Positions 18,190 through 26,167 of a stretch of DNA of 64,000 nucleotides are shown in pieces. Below the pieces are notes generated by a model. It made no database searches. It was not told the DNA's origin and saw only the letters and a list, made by a program, of their open reading frames with translations. Source of the stretch: Candidatus Chisholmbacteria bacterium (GTDB taxonomy: Bacteria > Patescibacteriota > Microgenomatia > UBA1400 > Chisholmbacteraceae). The stretch covers positions 387,438 through 451,437 of the forward strand of contig CAVPHZ010000001.1 in NCBI GenBank assembly GCA_963704905.1. The letters run 5' to 3'. Every line of letters starts with the position of its first letter. The first letter of the stretch is position 1. The position numbers and the translations under genes were made by a program.

Positions 18190-19317
18190 CTAGATTGTTT
18201 TTACGATCATCTTATCGAGTGTGAAGGGAGAAAGGATGGCGATCAGTTCGAATGTAAATATTGAAAGCTCAAATGCTGACGGAATGTGGTTGGTGATGAA
18301 GTATGCCCCGAGTCCAACGAAGATTGCGCTTCTGATTGTTTCTCTAAACATTTCTTTTTGTGTCTTTTTAATAATTGTTTCACTTATGTTTTTTGACTCT
18401 GCAAGTTTTGTTTTTCTCTCAATTTTGTTGGCTCCGAACCAGACAAGTGTTGCAAATGTGACGATAGCTGTAATTGCGTTAAAAGTTCTGTTTGGAATGC
18501 TGATGTCTCCTGAAAAAATACCGATTTGCCAGCTCGTCGGAAAGTTTCTCATTAAGATCCAGGCGAGGAGCATGAAGACAACCAAGTACCCACTTGCATA
18601 TTTGAGGACTTGTCGGGTGGCTTTCTTTTCTAGTATCTCCGGTTTATTTTGAACTCGGAATCTATGATACATTGAGCGGAATGCATAGTAAGATAACTGT
18701 AAAATAATCAGCACCACCCAAGCAATTACCACATTGTTCATTCCTAGGTCATTTGTTTGGGTGACATTTGGATATGGTATTTTGAAGAAGATACCTTTGA
18801 TCGGGTAATTCGGATAGGGAATGAATGAGTAGAGTAGTTTTGGATTGAGCTGAAAGGTGTAAAAGTCGGTGAGAAATAATCTTCCGATTGATACATATGA
18901 TGTGAGTTGGATAAAGAAGTCGACTGTGTAGAAAAGGAGTGGGCGATTTCCTTTTCTGATGTTCTGCTTGATGTGAAATGCCTGTTTGTCTTGGCCTATG
19001 AGTTGTTCTGTTTTATCTTTAAATTCGGTTATATTTTGAGATATTTTTAAATTGATTACTCGAAGAGGGATCATGAGTAACACTTGAAACAATCCTATAC
19101 AGACAACTGCAATCCACATTTCTCCGATGACACTATATAAAAGAAATAAGATACTTGCGTATAACTGCATTGTCATTCCAGAAATGAAGGCGTAGACAAG
19201 GAATACAATAATAAGCGCAGTAAGAATTGTTGAAGGCGTTGGAAGAGAAGCCCGTCTTTGTTTAGGGGACATTACCGAGAGCGATTCTCCAGTTGGAGCT
19301 TGTGGATGATTAGTCAT
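18190..19317 (-). CDS. Polytopic membrane protein, possibly YidC/Oxa1-family insertase-like
   Basis: TM1 followed by an amphipathic region and K..GNRP...FIQ segment that resembles YidC2/SpoIIIJ (LIRLLILPL..KQ...; KHGVNPL..LIQMP). Similarity is weak and hand-aligned. Confidence 0.35.
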   Translation of the reverse strand: MTNHPQAPTGESLSVMSPKQRRASLPTPSTILTALIIVFLVYAFISGMTMQLYASILFLLYSVIGEMWIAVVCIGLFQVLLMIPLRVINLKISQNITEFKDKTEQLIGQDKQAFHIKQNIRKGNRPLLFYTVDFFIQLTSYVSIGRLFLTDFYTFQLNPKLLYSFIPYPNYPIKGIFFKIPYPNVTQTNDLGMNNVVIAWVVLIILQLSYYAFRSMYHRFRVQNKPEILEKKATRQVLKYASGYLVVFMLLAWILMRNFPTSWQIGIFSGDISIPNRTFNAITAIVTFATLVWFGANKIERKTKLAESKNISETIIKKTQKEMFRETIRSAIFVGLGAYFITNHIPSAFELSIFTFELIAILSPFTLDKMIVKTI

Positions 19318-19338
19318 TATTGTTTGTGGTGATTTCTA

Positions 19339-19935
19339 TTATGAAGATTTTTTCTTATTTTCTGAAGTAGCTGGATTTGAAACGATTAGCATTGTGAAAT
19401 CTTTGGCGAGTTGTTTGGTGTTTCTTGGAGTGTTTTGAATCGGGGAGAGAACAAAACCCATTAGCGACATCATCAGAACAGAGATTGCTCGAGACGTCAT
19501 TTTTCTTATTGATCCTATCTCAATTATTAACCCCTCAAGAAATTTCATCAACTCGATTCTTAAAGAAATTGCGAAGCGGACAATCGGGAGGCTTTTGTCG
19601 CTGTTTAAACCCAAGCTTTGGAGGAGGGTGATTTCTGGATGTTTCATTTTATAGTCCAAAAAAGTCTTGATCATGTTGAAGAAGATGTCTGTCGAATTTT
19701 TACTTCTCTCAACAGCGATTTTGAGTTCGGATTTCAACTCATTCACAGAGTCGGTTAATAGTGTCTCTGCCAGCTGGCTCTTGCTATTGAAATGGTAGTA
19801 AAGTGCAGCTTTGGTGATGCCGACTTCATTGGCGATATCTTGCATTGAGATTCCAAAGTAACCGCGCTGGGCGAATAGTTTGCCTGTTTCTTTGAGAATC
19901 TTTTGTTTGGTGGTTGAGATTTGTTTTGCTGACAT
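19339..19935 (-). CDS. TetR/AcrR family transcriptional regulator
   Basis: N-terminal HTH ILKETGKLFAQRGYFGISMQDIANEVGITKAALYYHFNSKSQL. Confidence 0.85.
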   Translation of the reverse strand: MSAKQISTTKQKILKETGKLFAQRGYFGISMQDIANEVGITKAALYYHFNSKSQLAETLLTDSVNELKSELKIAVERSKNSTDIFFNMIKTFLDYKMKHPEITLLQSLGLNSDKSLPIVRFAISLRIELMKFLEGLIIEIGSIRKMTSRAISVLMMSLMGFVLSPIQNTPRNTKQLAKDFTMLIVSNPATSENKKKSS

Positions 19936-20023
19936 GTTTACCTACCGGTCGGTAAGTATTATACTTCAGTCAAAATCTCTGTCAACGTCTGTTCTCTCTT
20001 GATGATGATTGAGGACAGCTCCT

Positions 20024-20719
20024 TTACGGTGAGGTCGTGGGAGTGGGGGTTGGTGAAGAAGTGGGTGTAGGAGTTGGTGATTCTTCCGCATCTGTATCTG
20101 TGGGGGTTGGTTGGGGTTTTTCACTTGATGTTGGGGTTGGTGTAGGTAGTTCTTGTTCTTTTCGAAGCCCAACAATTATTTGAATATCTACGTCAGTTAG
20201 TGATTTGGTAGAGGTGTTTACTCTCTTGTAAATGGTTTCCAGTTCATCAAATATTTCCTGTCTTACTTGGTTGGGAATATTGGGACTTACTGTGATAGTT
20301 GTTTCTTCCTGTTGTTGGTCGTCTGCGTTCCCGGTTTCGATTTGTTCGTAGCCTAGCTCTTCAAGTTTCTCTTGTAAAAATGCGGCTTGTTTTGCAATAC
20401 CCGTGCCGTTCAATACTTCGATTTTAATTTCACTTCTCTGGATAGGCTCTGGTGTAGGAGTTGGTGAGGAGGTTTCTTGTTGTTCAAAGTTTACTGTCTC
20501 GAACTCTGTTTCCTCTGGAGTGGTATTTTCTTCAGAAGAACGTGAAAGAAAGAAAAGCACTCCAGCAACAATGATAATTACGATAAGTGCAAGTATAAGG
20601 AAGATTTTTTTTGAAGGACCTCTTCCTGGCCTTTGTTCAGCATGGATTCGTTTTCCTGGAACGCGTTGCTGGCTGGGAAATTGTGGTTGAGGTTGTGGTG
20701 TTGGTTGCGGTTCTTGCAT
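20024..20719 (-). CDS. LytR_C-domain membrane protein with Pro/Thr-rich low-complexity tail
   Basis: N-terminal proline-rich segment, TM helix LILALIVIIIVAGVLFFL, LytR_C-like IKIEVLNGTGIAKQAAFLQEKLEELGY, and C-terminal PTPTPTSSPTPTPTTSP repeats. Confidence 0.6.
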   Translation of the reverse strand: MQEPQPTPQPQPQFPSQQRVPGKRIHAEQRPGRGPSKKIFLILALIVIIIVAGVLFFLSRSSEENTTPEETEFETVNFEQQETSSPTPTPEPIQRSEIKIEVLNGTGIAKQAAFLQEKLEELGYEQIETGNADDQQQEETTITVSPNIPNQVRQEIFDELETIYKRVNTSTKSLTDVDIQIIVGLRKEQELPTPTPTSSEKPQPTPTDTDAEESPTPTPTSSPTPTPTTSP

Positions 20720-20904
20720 GATTTCTGATTTGGCGAAAGTGTTTGAAGGGCAGCGCGAGTAGTGTAGACTTATGGGTCTTGATTGTCAACCTTCTTTTTC
20801 GGTAAATCTCTCAGTTATTTTGGATTTAGAGAGAGCCTATATACATTTGACCAGTTCTCTCTACCTCTTTTTCTTGCTGTAAAGTACTATATATCTTAAG
20901 GACC

Positions 20905-21999
20905 ATGTCGATTCGTGAACGTTTTTTTAGTAGTAGACAAGCAATTGTTCCTCTAATTGGAATTATTGCTGTCTATCTTCTTTCTACAGCTTTAAGCTAC
21001 TTGTATTTTTCTCGTATCCAAGTTGGCGAGAATGGTTATGACAAAGAGGAAGTTGTACAGCGAAATTCAGAATTTGACTTGTCTCCAATTCCAACACCCG
21101 AGGTTCCAACCACCTATAACGTTTTGCTTCTCGGACATGGAGGAGCTGGACATTCTGGTGGAGCATTGGCTGATACGATGATTGTGGTCCATGTTGATCC
21201 GCAGCTCAAAAAGGCAGCTTTGATCTCAATACCTCGGGATCTTTGGATCACATTACCTCAGGAAAATGGTTCAAAAGTGAACAAGAAACTCAACCATGCA
21301 CTGGCACTCGGCGGAGGAGAGCTGGCAAAAGATGCAGTTAGTACTGTCATTGGGATGCCAATTCAGTATTTTGTTTCGGTGAGTTTTGATGGAATGGAAG
21401 CAGCTATTAATACTTTGGGTGGTGTTGAAGTTGATGTTCCTGTGACTTTTGATGATTATTGGTATCCGGTTCGCGGGCGGGAGCTTGAGACGTGTGGAAT
21501 GACGGCTGAAGAGATACAAGAAATAACCAACACTATGTCCGGGTTTGAAGGGGAGAAGATGTTTCCCTGTCGATATGAGCATATTCATTATGATGCCGGT
21601 GAAACAAGCATGGATGGAGCGTCCGCACTCAAGTTTGTCCGTTCTCGGCATTCAACACAGCATGGTGGAGATTTTTCCCGCAGCCAACGACAATTTGCAC
21701 TTCTAGTTGGAATTAAAGAGAAGCTGCTTACACTTGGCGCTTTGGATGATCTTCCCAAGTTTTTTAAGCAACTTGTCAAGATGGTTCAAACTGATATAGA
21801 TCAACGAATTGCTCAACTCTTGGTTGATGTGATTGGGGATGTAACTTCGTTCTCACTTGTTCGTATTCAACTTACCGAAGAGAATGTATTAGTAGCATCA
21901 CGTTCTTATGATGGACAAGCTATTCTATTACCAAAAGCAGGTGAGGGGCAGTGGAAAGAAATACATTCGTTCATTCAAAATCAGCTACCATCTGACTAA
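20905..21999 (+). CDS. LCP family protein (LytR-Cps2A-Psr), cell wall glycopolymer phosphotransferase
   Basis: TM anchor followed by YNVLLLGHGGAGHSGGALADTMIVVHVDPQLKKAALISIPRDLWI...VSFDGMEAAINTLGGVEVDV. Confidence 0.85.
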   Translation: MSIRERFFSSRQAIVPLIGIIAVYLLSTALSYLYFSRIQVGENGYDKEEVVQRNSEFDLSPIPTPEVPTTYNVLLLGHGGAGHSGGALADTMIVVHVDPQLKKAALISIPRDLWITLPQENGSKVNKKLNHALALGGGELAKDAVSTVIGMPIQYFVSVSFDGMEAAINTLGGVEVDVPVTFDDYWYPVRGRELETCGMTAEEIQEITNTMSGFEGEKMFPCRYEHIHYDAGETSMDGASALKFVRSRHSTQHGGDFSRSQRQFALLVGIKEKLLTLGALDDLPKFFKQLVKMVQTDIDQRIAQLLVDVIGDVTSFSLVRIQLTEENVLVASRSYDGQAILLPKAGEGQWKEIHSFIQNQLPSD

Positions 22000-22067
22000 T
22001 AGCTTGGGTTTTTAGATATAGGTGATTTGGAGCTTCTTGGTAGGATGTAGCTACTCACAAATTCATC

Positions 22068-22766
22068 ATGAAAACAAAGAAACCGATCATTCAACTACTC
22101 AACGTGTGTAAGACGTACTACCTTGGTGAAGAGGAAGTGCGGGCTGTCGAGGAAGTGAGTTTGGAAATACTGCCTAAGGAATTTGTGAGCATATTAGGAT
22201 CGTCTGGGTGTGGAAAGTCGACGCTTATGTACTTGATTGGTCTCATGGAAACACCAAGCTCAGGAAACGTGTTTATCGATGAGAAAGATGCTTCTGGTTT
22301 GAATGACATCGAGCAATCAAAGCTTCGTAATGAATATGTGGGTTTTGTGTTTCAGCAGTTTAATCTGATTAATAAATTCACGGTGCTTGAGAATGTGTTG
22401 TTGCCCATGCGGTATTCTAAAGTCAAATTATCGTTTGATCCCAATAAGCGCGCTGAGGAGCTTCTGCGAAAATTCGGCATATGGGATAGAAGAAACTTTT
22501 TTCCCAATAAGATATCTGGAGGTCAACAACAGCGGGCGGCGATTGTACGGGCACTCATCATGAATCCTAAAATCGTTTTGGCTGATGAGCCGACTGGGAA
22601 TGTAGATAGTAGAACTGGGGAAGAGATACTGGACATTCTTGAAATGCTCAATACGGATTATGACGTGACGGTAATTGTGGTGACGCATGATCGACAGGTT
22701 TCTAAACGAACTCAGCGACATATTTATATGAAGGATGGGAAACTGACGAAAAAATATCTATGGTGA
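22068..22766 (+). CDS. ABC transporter ATP-binding protein (MacB/LolD/FtsE-like)
   Basis: Walker A GSSGCGKST, Q-loop, signature LSGGQQQRAAIVRAL, Walker B IVLADEPTGNVD. Confidence 0.9.
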   Translation: MKTKKPIIQLLNVCKTYYLGEEEVRAVEEVSLEILPKEFVSILGSSGCGKSTLMYLIGLMETPSSGNVFIDEKDASGLNDIEQSKLRNEYVGFVFQQFNLINKFTVLENVLLPMRYSKVKLSFDPNKRAEELLRKFGIWDRRNFFPNKISGGQQQRAAIVRALIMNPKIVLADEPTGNVDSRTGEEILDILEMLNTDYDVTVIVVTHDRQVSKRTQRHIYMKDGKLTKKYLW

Positions 22767-23972
22767 TTCGAAGCGGATTGTATCATCAACTTGCTACCGC
22801 ATTTACGAACTTTAAGAGGAATAAAGTTAGGACGATCCTCACATCATTGGGCATCATGATTGGTGTTCTTTCGGTAGTGATGATCATTGCCCTGGGTATT
22901 GGCCTTCGTAATTATATTGAGGATCAGTTTGAAGGTCTGGGATCGAATCTGATTGCGGTGTTTCCCGGAAGTACCTTTTCTGAAGATGGTGGACTGCAAG
23001 GGATGTTTGCTGGTTTTTTTGGAGGGATTGAATTTGATGAGAAAGATGTGAGTAATTTAGAAAACAGTATCAAAAATTGAGTATATCTCACCGATGTTCT
23101 ACAAAACATCGATTGTTCGGGCTGAAAAAGAGAAGGAGATTGGATATGTCATCGGAACGGACGAGGAGATCTTTAAACTGTTAAATATGGAGGTTGAGGA
23201 AGGAAGATTGTGGACAAAATCAGATATCAGAAGACGGTCAAAAAATGTGGTTTTGGGTTATGTTATTGCAGAGAATTTGTTTGGTGAACCTGAAAGGGCA
23301 GTAGGAAATAAAATCGAGGTCACAAATTATTCCTACAATGTGATTGGGGTACTGAAGAAGAAAGGAGATCAAGAAATGGATAATTATGTCATTCTTCCTT
23401 ATAAAACTACATTCGGAACGCTAAATCCTGACGAATCCTTTTTTTCTTTATATTTAGGCGTTCGGGAGGAAGAGGATGTAGAGCAGGTGAAGATCGCAGT
23501 AGAGAAAGAACTTCTTAAACGATACGACGAAGATGATTTTTCAGTTGTGGAGCAGAGTGAAATGCTGCGAATTGTAGATGATATTTTCAGTGTGATTAAT
23601 GCAGTTCTGGTTGCGATTGGATCGATCTCGCTTTTGGTGGGTGGGATTGGGATTATGAATATTATGTATGCAACAGTTACGGAACGGACGAAGGAGATAG
23701 GGATTCGACGGGCGATTGGAGCGACGCGAGAAGATATCCTTTATCAGTTTATGACAGAGGCCGTTATTCTTTCAGTTTTTGGTGGATTACTGGGACTGTT
23801 GACGGCAATTGGAATTGTTGCATTTGTGCAAACTGCTTTTCCAGCGTCGGTCAATTTAACGGCTGTGATTCTATCCTTGGTTGTTTCATCCGGCATCGGG
23901 ATCTTTTTTGGGGTATTTCCAGCCAGGCGTGCTGCAAATCTTCCACCGATTGAGGCGATACGGTATGAGTAG
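22760..23972 (+). CDS. ABC transporter permease, MacB/FtsX family, interrupted by a frameshift near 23070-23080
   Basis: The 22760..23080 ORF encodes TM1 and the start of the periplasmic domain. The 23094..23972 ORF, open in another frame from 23061, encodes the rest of the periplasmic domain and the FtsX 3-TM bundle (GIRRAIGATREDIL). The junction sits at an A5 run, CAAAAATTGA. Confidence 0.7.
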
Positions 23973-23976
23973 TTGA

Positions 23977-24441
23977 TCAACTTTTTTGTTGCCACCTTGT
24001 TCTTGCAAGCATCGTGATGCTTCCGATGCTTCCGACTAGAAATATGAGTGGAAAGACAAGTACTCCCAAGATGAAGAAGATAGGCTCGTCACTAATTCCA
24101 ATTTGATCCCAGAAATGTTGTCCGAAGATTAGAATTCCTAGTGCATATAGAAGATTGTGGAGGATGATGCTTACGAACATTCCGACTATCGATCCTCCGG
24201 TAAGGTAAAGAAGTTTTTTTAGTTTTTTTTCTAGGTTTTGTTTGCGGGTGAGAAAGAGGAGGAAGAGACTTGAGAGTAGTAGTGAGAGTAGAATGTTAAA
24301 GAATGAAACTCTCCCTTTGAAGATTTCTATTGGAGAAAAGACAATTCCAAAAATGAAGAGGAGAAATAATCCCACAACTATGGATAATGTGAGTATCAAG
24401 GAACGACTGGGAAGTCTGTGAGTTTTTTGACCCTTTTCCAT
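23977..24441 (-). CDS. Hypothetical membrane protein
   Basis: 154 aa with four hydrophobic helices and no motifs. Confidence 0.4.
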   Translation of the reverse strand: MEKGQKTHRLPSRSLILTLSIVVGLFLLFIFGIVFSPIEIFKGRVSFFNILLSLLLSSLFLLFLTRKQNLEKKLKKLLYLTGGSIVGMFVSIILHNLLYALGILIFGQHFWDQIGISDEPIFFILGVLVFPLIFLVGSIGSITMLARTRWQQKS

Positions 24442-24472
24442 TATTTTCCTCTGATATTAGTGACTCTAGTCT

Positions 24473-24979
24473 TTAGACTTGAGCAAAGGCGACGACGTAG
24501 TTTTTACCGTAATGCTTGGCGCACTTGGGGCAGGTGGTGTAGTAAAAGTAGAGCTTCTTTAGCTCTTTACCTTTGGCTTTTACGTAGTCTAGGCTTTGAT
24601 TAACCCAGTTTTTTACCTCCTTAAAGTCACCTTCAAAGACTTTAGTGAGATAGGTTCCTGAGAGTTTGATCATCTCAAGTCCTGGAACATCTTTGGTTAC
24701 GGCAAAGTAGTGCTCACCTTTCCAGGGTGATGGATCATAGGAGAGGAGTAACCACTCATCTTTGGAGTTGGCCTGGGTATCTTCGATCATTTTCCAGGTC
24801 TTTTTCATCATGCTACCCATGGTGAGTGGAATATGCATGAAGTTGAAAGTGGTTCCTTTGGCAAAAAGTTTGTCTTTGAAGGTGAACTCTTGCTCATCCC
24901 AAGGTGCTGGGTCAAACTTTGGACAACAGTCAGTTTCAGGTGCGTCGAGGTTTTGCTTTGGAAGTTGGTTGACATCCAT
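24473..24979 (-). CDS. Hypothetical Cys-containing protein (CC..., C-terminal CPKC)
   Basis: 168 aa soluble ORF with TDCCPKF and YFYYTTCPKCAKHYG motifs. Family not recognised. Confidence 0.4.
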   Translation of the reverse strand: MDVNQLPKQNLDAPETDCCPKFDPAPWDEQEFTFKDKLFAKGTTFNFMHIPLTMGSMMKKTWKMIEDTQANSKDEWLLLSYDPSPWKGEHYFAVTKDVPGLEMIKLSGTYLTKVFEGDFKEVKNWVNQSLDYVKAKGKELKKLYFYYTTCPKCAKHYGKNYVVAFAQV

Positions 24980-25038
24980 GTAATCACCTTCTTTCTAAGT
25001 TTGTTTTGTGCTAATTATACAAAATTTAGGTTCTCTTA

Positions 25039-25410
25039 ATGATAGAATTTAACTCAGCTATGGATAAGGGAGTTGGTCAATATCTTTCCAAGCAGCCCTC
25101 GGTACGAAAAGAAATTTGTGAGAAGTTGCGGAAGCTTATTTTTAAGACGTTTCCGGATATCAATGAGGAGATGAAGTTTGGAGTGCCGTGGTATACGGGG
25201 CGATTTTATATTGTGGGTTTGAAAGATCATGTAAATCTAGGGTTTTCTGTATTTGGCTTGCCGGAGAAGTATCGAAAGGAATTAGAAGGGAAGGGTAAAT
25301 TTATGCGGCATTTGAAGTTTTTTTCTGTGAGTGAGATTGATGAGAAGAAGGTTGTGCGGCTTATGAAGACTACCGATAAGTATTTTAAAGATCCACATCC
25401 TGGTAATTAG
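25039..25410 (+). CDS. DUF1801 (YdhG/YjbR-like) domain protein
   Basis: ICEKLRKLIFKTFPDINEEMKFGVPWYTGRFYIVGLKDHVNLGF pattern. Paralogous to the ORF at 29234..29605. Confidence 0.55.
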   Translation: MIEFNSAMDKGVGQYLSKQPSVRKEICEKLRKLIFKTFPDINEEMKFGVPWYTGRFYIVGLKDHVNLGFSVFGLPEKYRKELEGKGKFMRHLKFFSVSEIDEKKVVRLMKTTDKYFKDPHPGN

Positions 25411-25479
25411 ACGTCGTGTTTGGAGAAATTGAAATATTTGTTACACTGTAGTTAATTAATTATTAAAAAAAGGAGCTAT

Positions 25480-25920
25480 ATGGCAAGTAAAAAAGAAGAA
25501 AGTCAAAATACAGGGATGACGTTGGTTATTACCTATTTTGTTCTCTTTACAGTTAATAGTTTGGTAGTGTTGTTGGCCAATTCACTATTTCCGCAACATG
25601 TTGTTTTAGGTACGGGTCATATTTCTGTTGGTTGGGCGCTAATTCATGCGATGGGAACACTGGCTCTGCTTGATGTGTTTGCCATTCCGTTTGTTCATGA
25701 GCAAGAGAAGAAGCGAGGGAGCATGTTTTCTCCTCAGGAGTGGATGGGAGTGTACTTTGTGCTCAACTTTATTGGAGTGTGGGGAGTTGCTCGATTTGCT
25801 GAGCAACTAGGGTTTGGGATAAGTTCCTGGTTTGTTGCGCTGGTTCTTGCTGTTGTACTTGACGTATTTCAAGGCATGGCGATGATGCAGGTAGAGAAGA
25901 TGCGAACGAAAAGCTCTTAA
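25480..25920 (+). CDS. Hypothetical membrane protein
   Basis: 146 aa with four TM helices. Confidence 0.4.
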   Translation: MASKKEESQNTGMTLVITYFVLFTVNSLVVLLANSLFPQHVVLGTGHISVGWALIHAMGTLALLDVFAIPFVHEQEKKRGSMFSPQEWMGVYFVLNFIGVWGVARFAEQLGFGISSWFVALVLAVVLDVFQGMAMMQVEKMRTKSS

Positions 25921-26108
25921 GCAACGTCTCGCTTTGCACTATGGCATTCGGAGGAGAGATTTCATTTTATTGCTATACCCCCCCCGCGGTTTTTAGGATT
26001 TACATAAAAGTACATAGTTTAAATTTAACATCTACTGTTGAACTAGTTTAGCAGTAGAGGCTTTGCAGAGCGTTCGAAATCGAGTAAATAGGCAAAGGTA
26101 AAATTATT

Positions 26109-26156
26109 TGTTACAATATGTTGTTCGCTATACAGCCTGGTGACAGGCTTTTTTTA
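26109..26156 (+). promoter_or_regulatory. Extended -10 element TGTTACAAT followed by a GNRA-capped hairpin + U-tract (attenuator/terminator-like) immediately upstream of typA
   Basis: -10 at 26109..26117. Hairpin AGCCTG-GTGA-CAGGCT at 26134..26149 followed by TTTTTTT. typA ATG at 26168. Confidence 0.45.
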
Positions 26157-26167
26157 ATGAAGGACGT

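Noticed and set aside
20024-20130. PTPTPT-encoding near-tandem repeats, considered as a possible repeat or CRISPR-like element
   Set aside because: They are short, in-frame low-complexity codon repeats inside a CDS (Pro/Thr linker). They are not spaced direct repeats with unique spacers. No CRISPR array was seen anywhere in the window.
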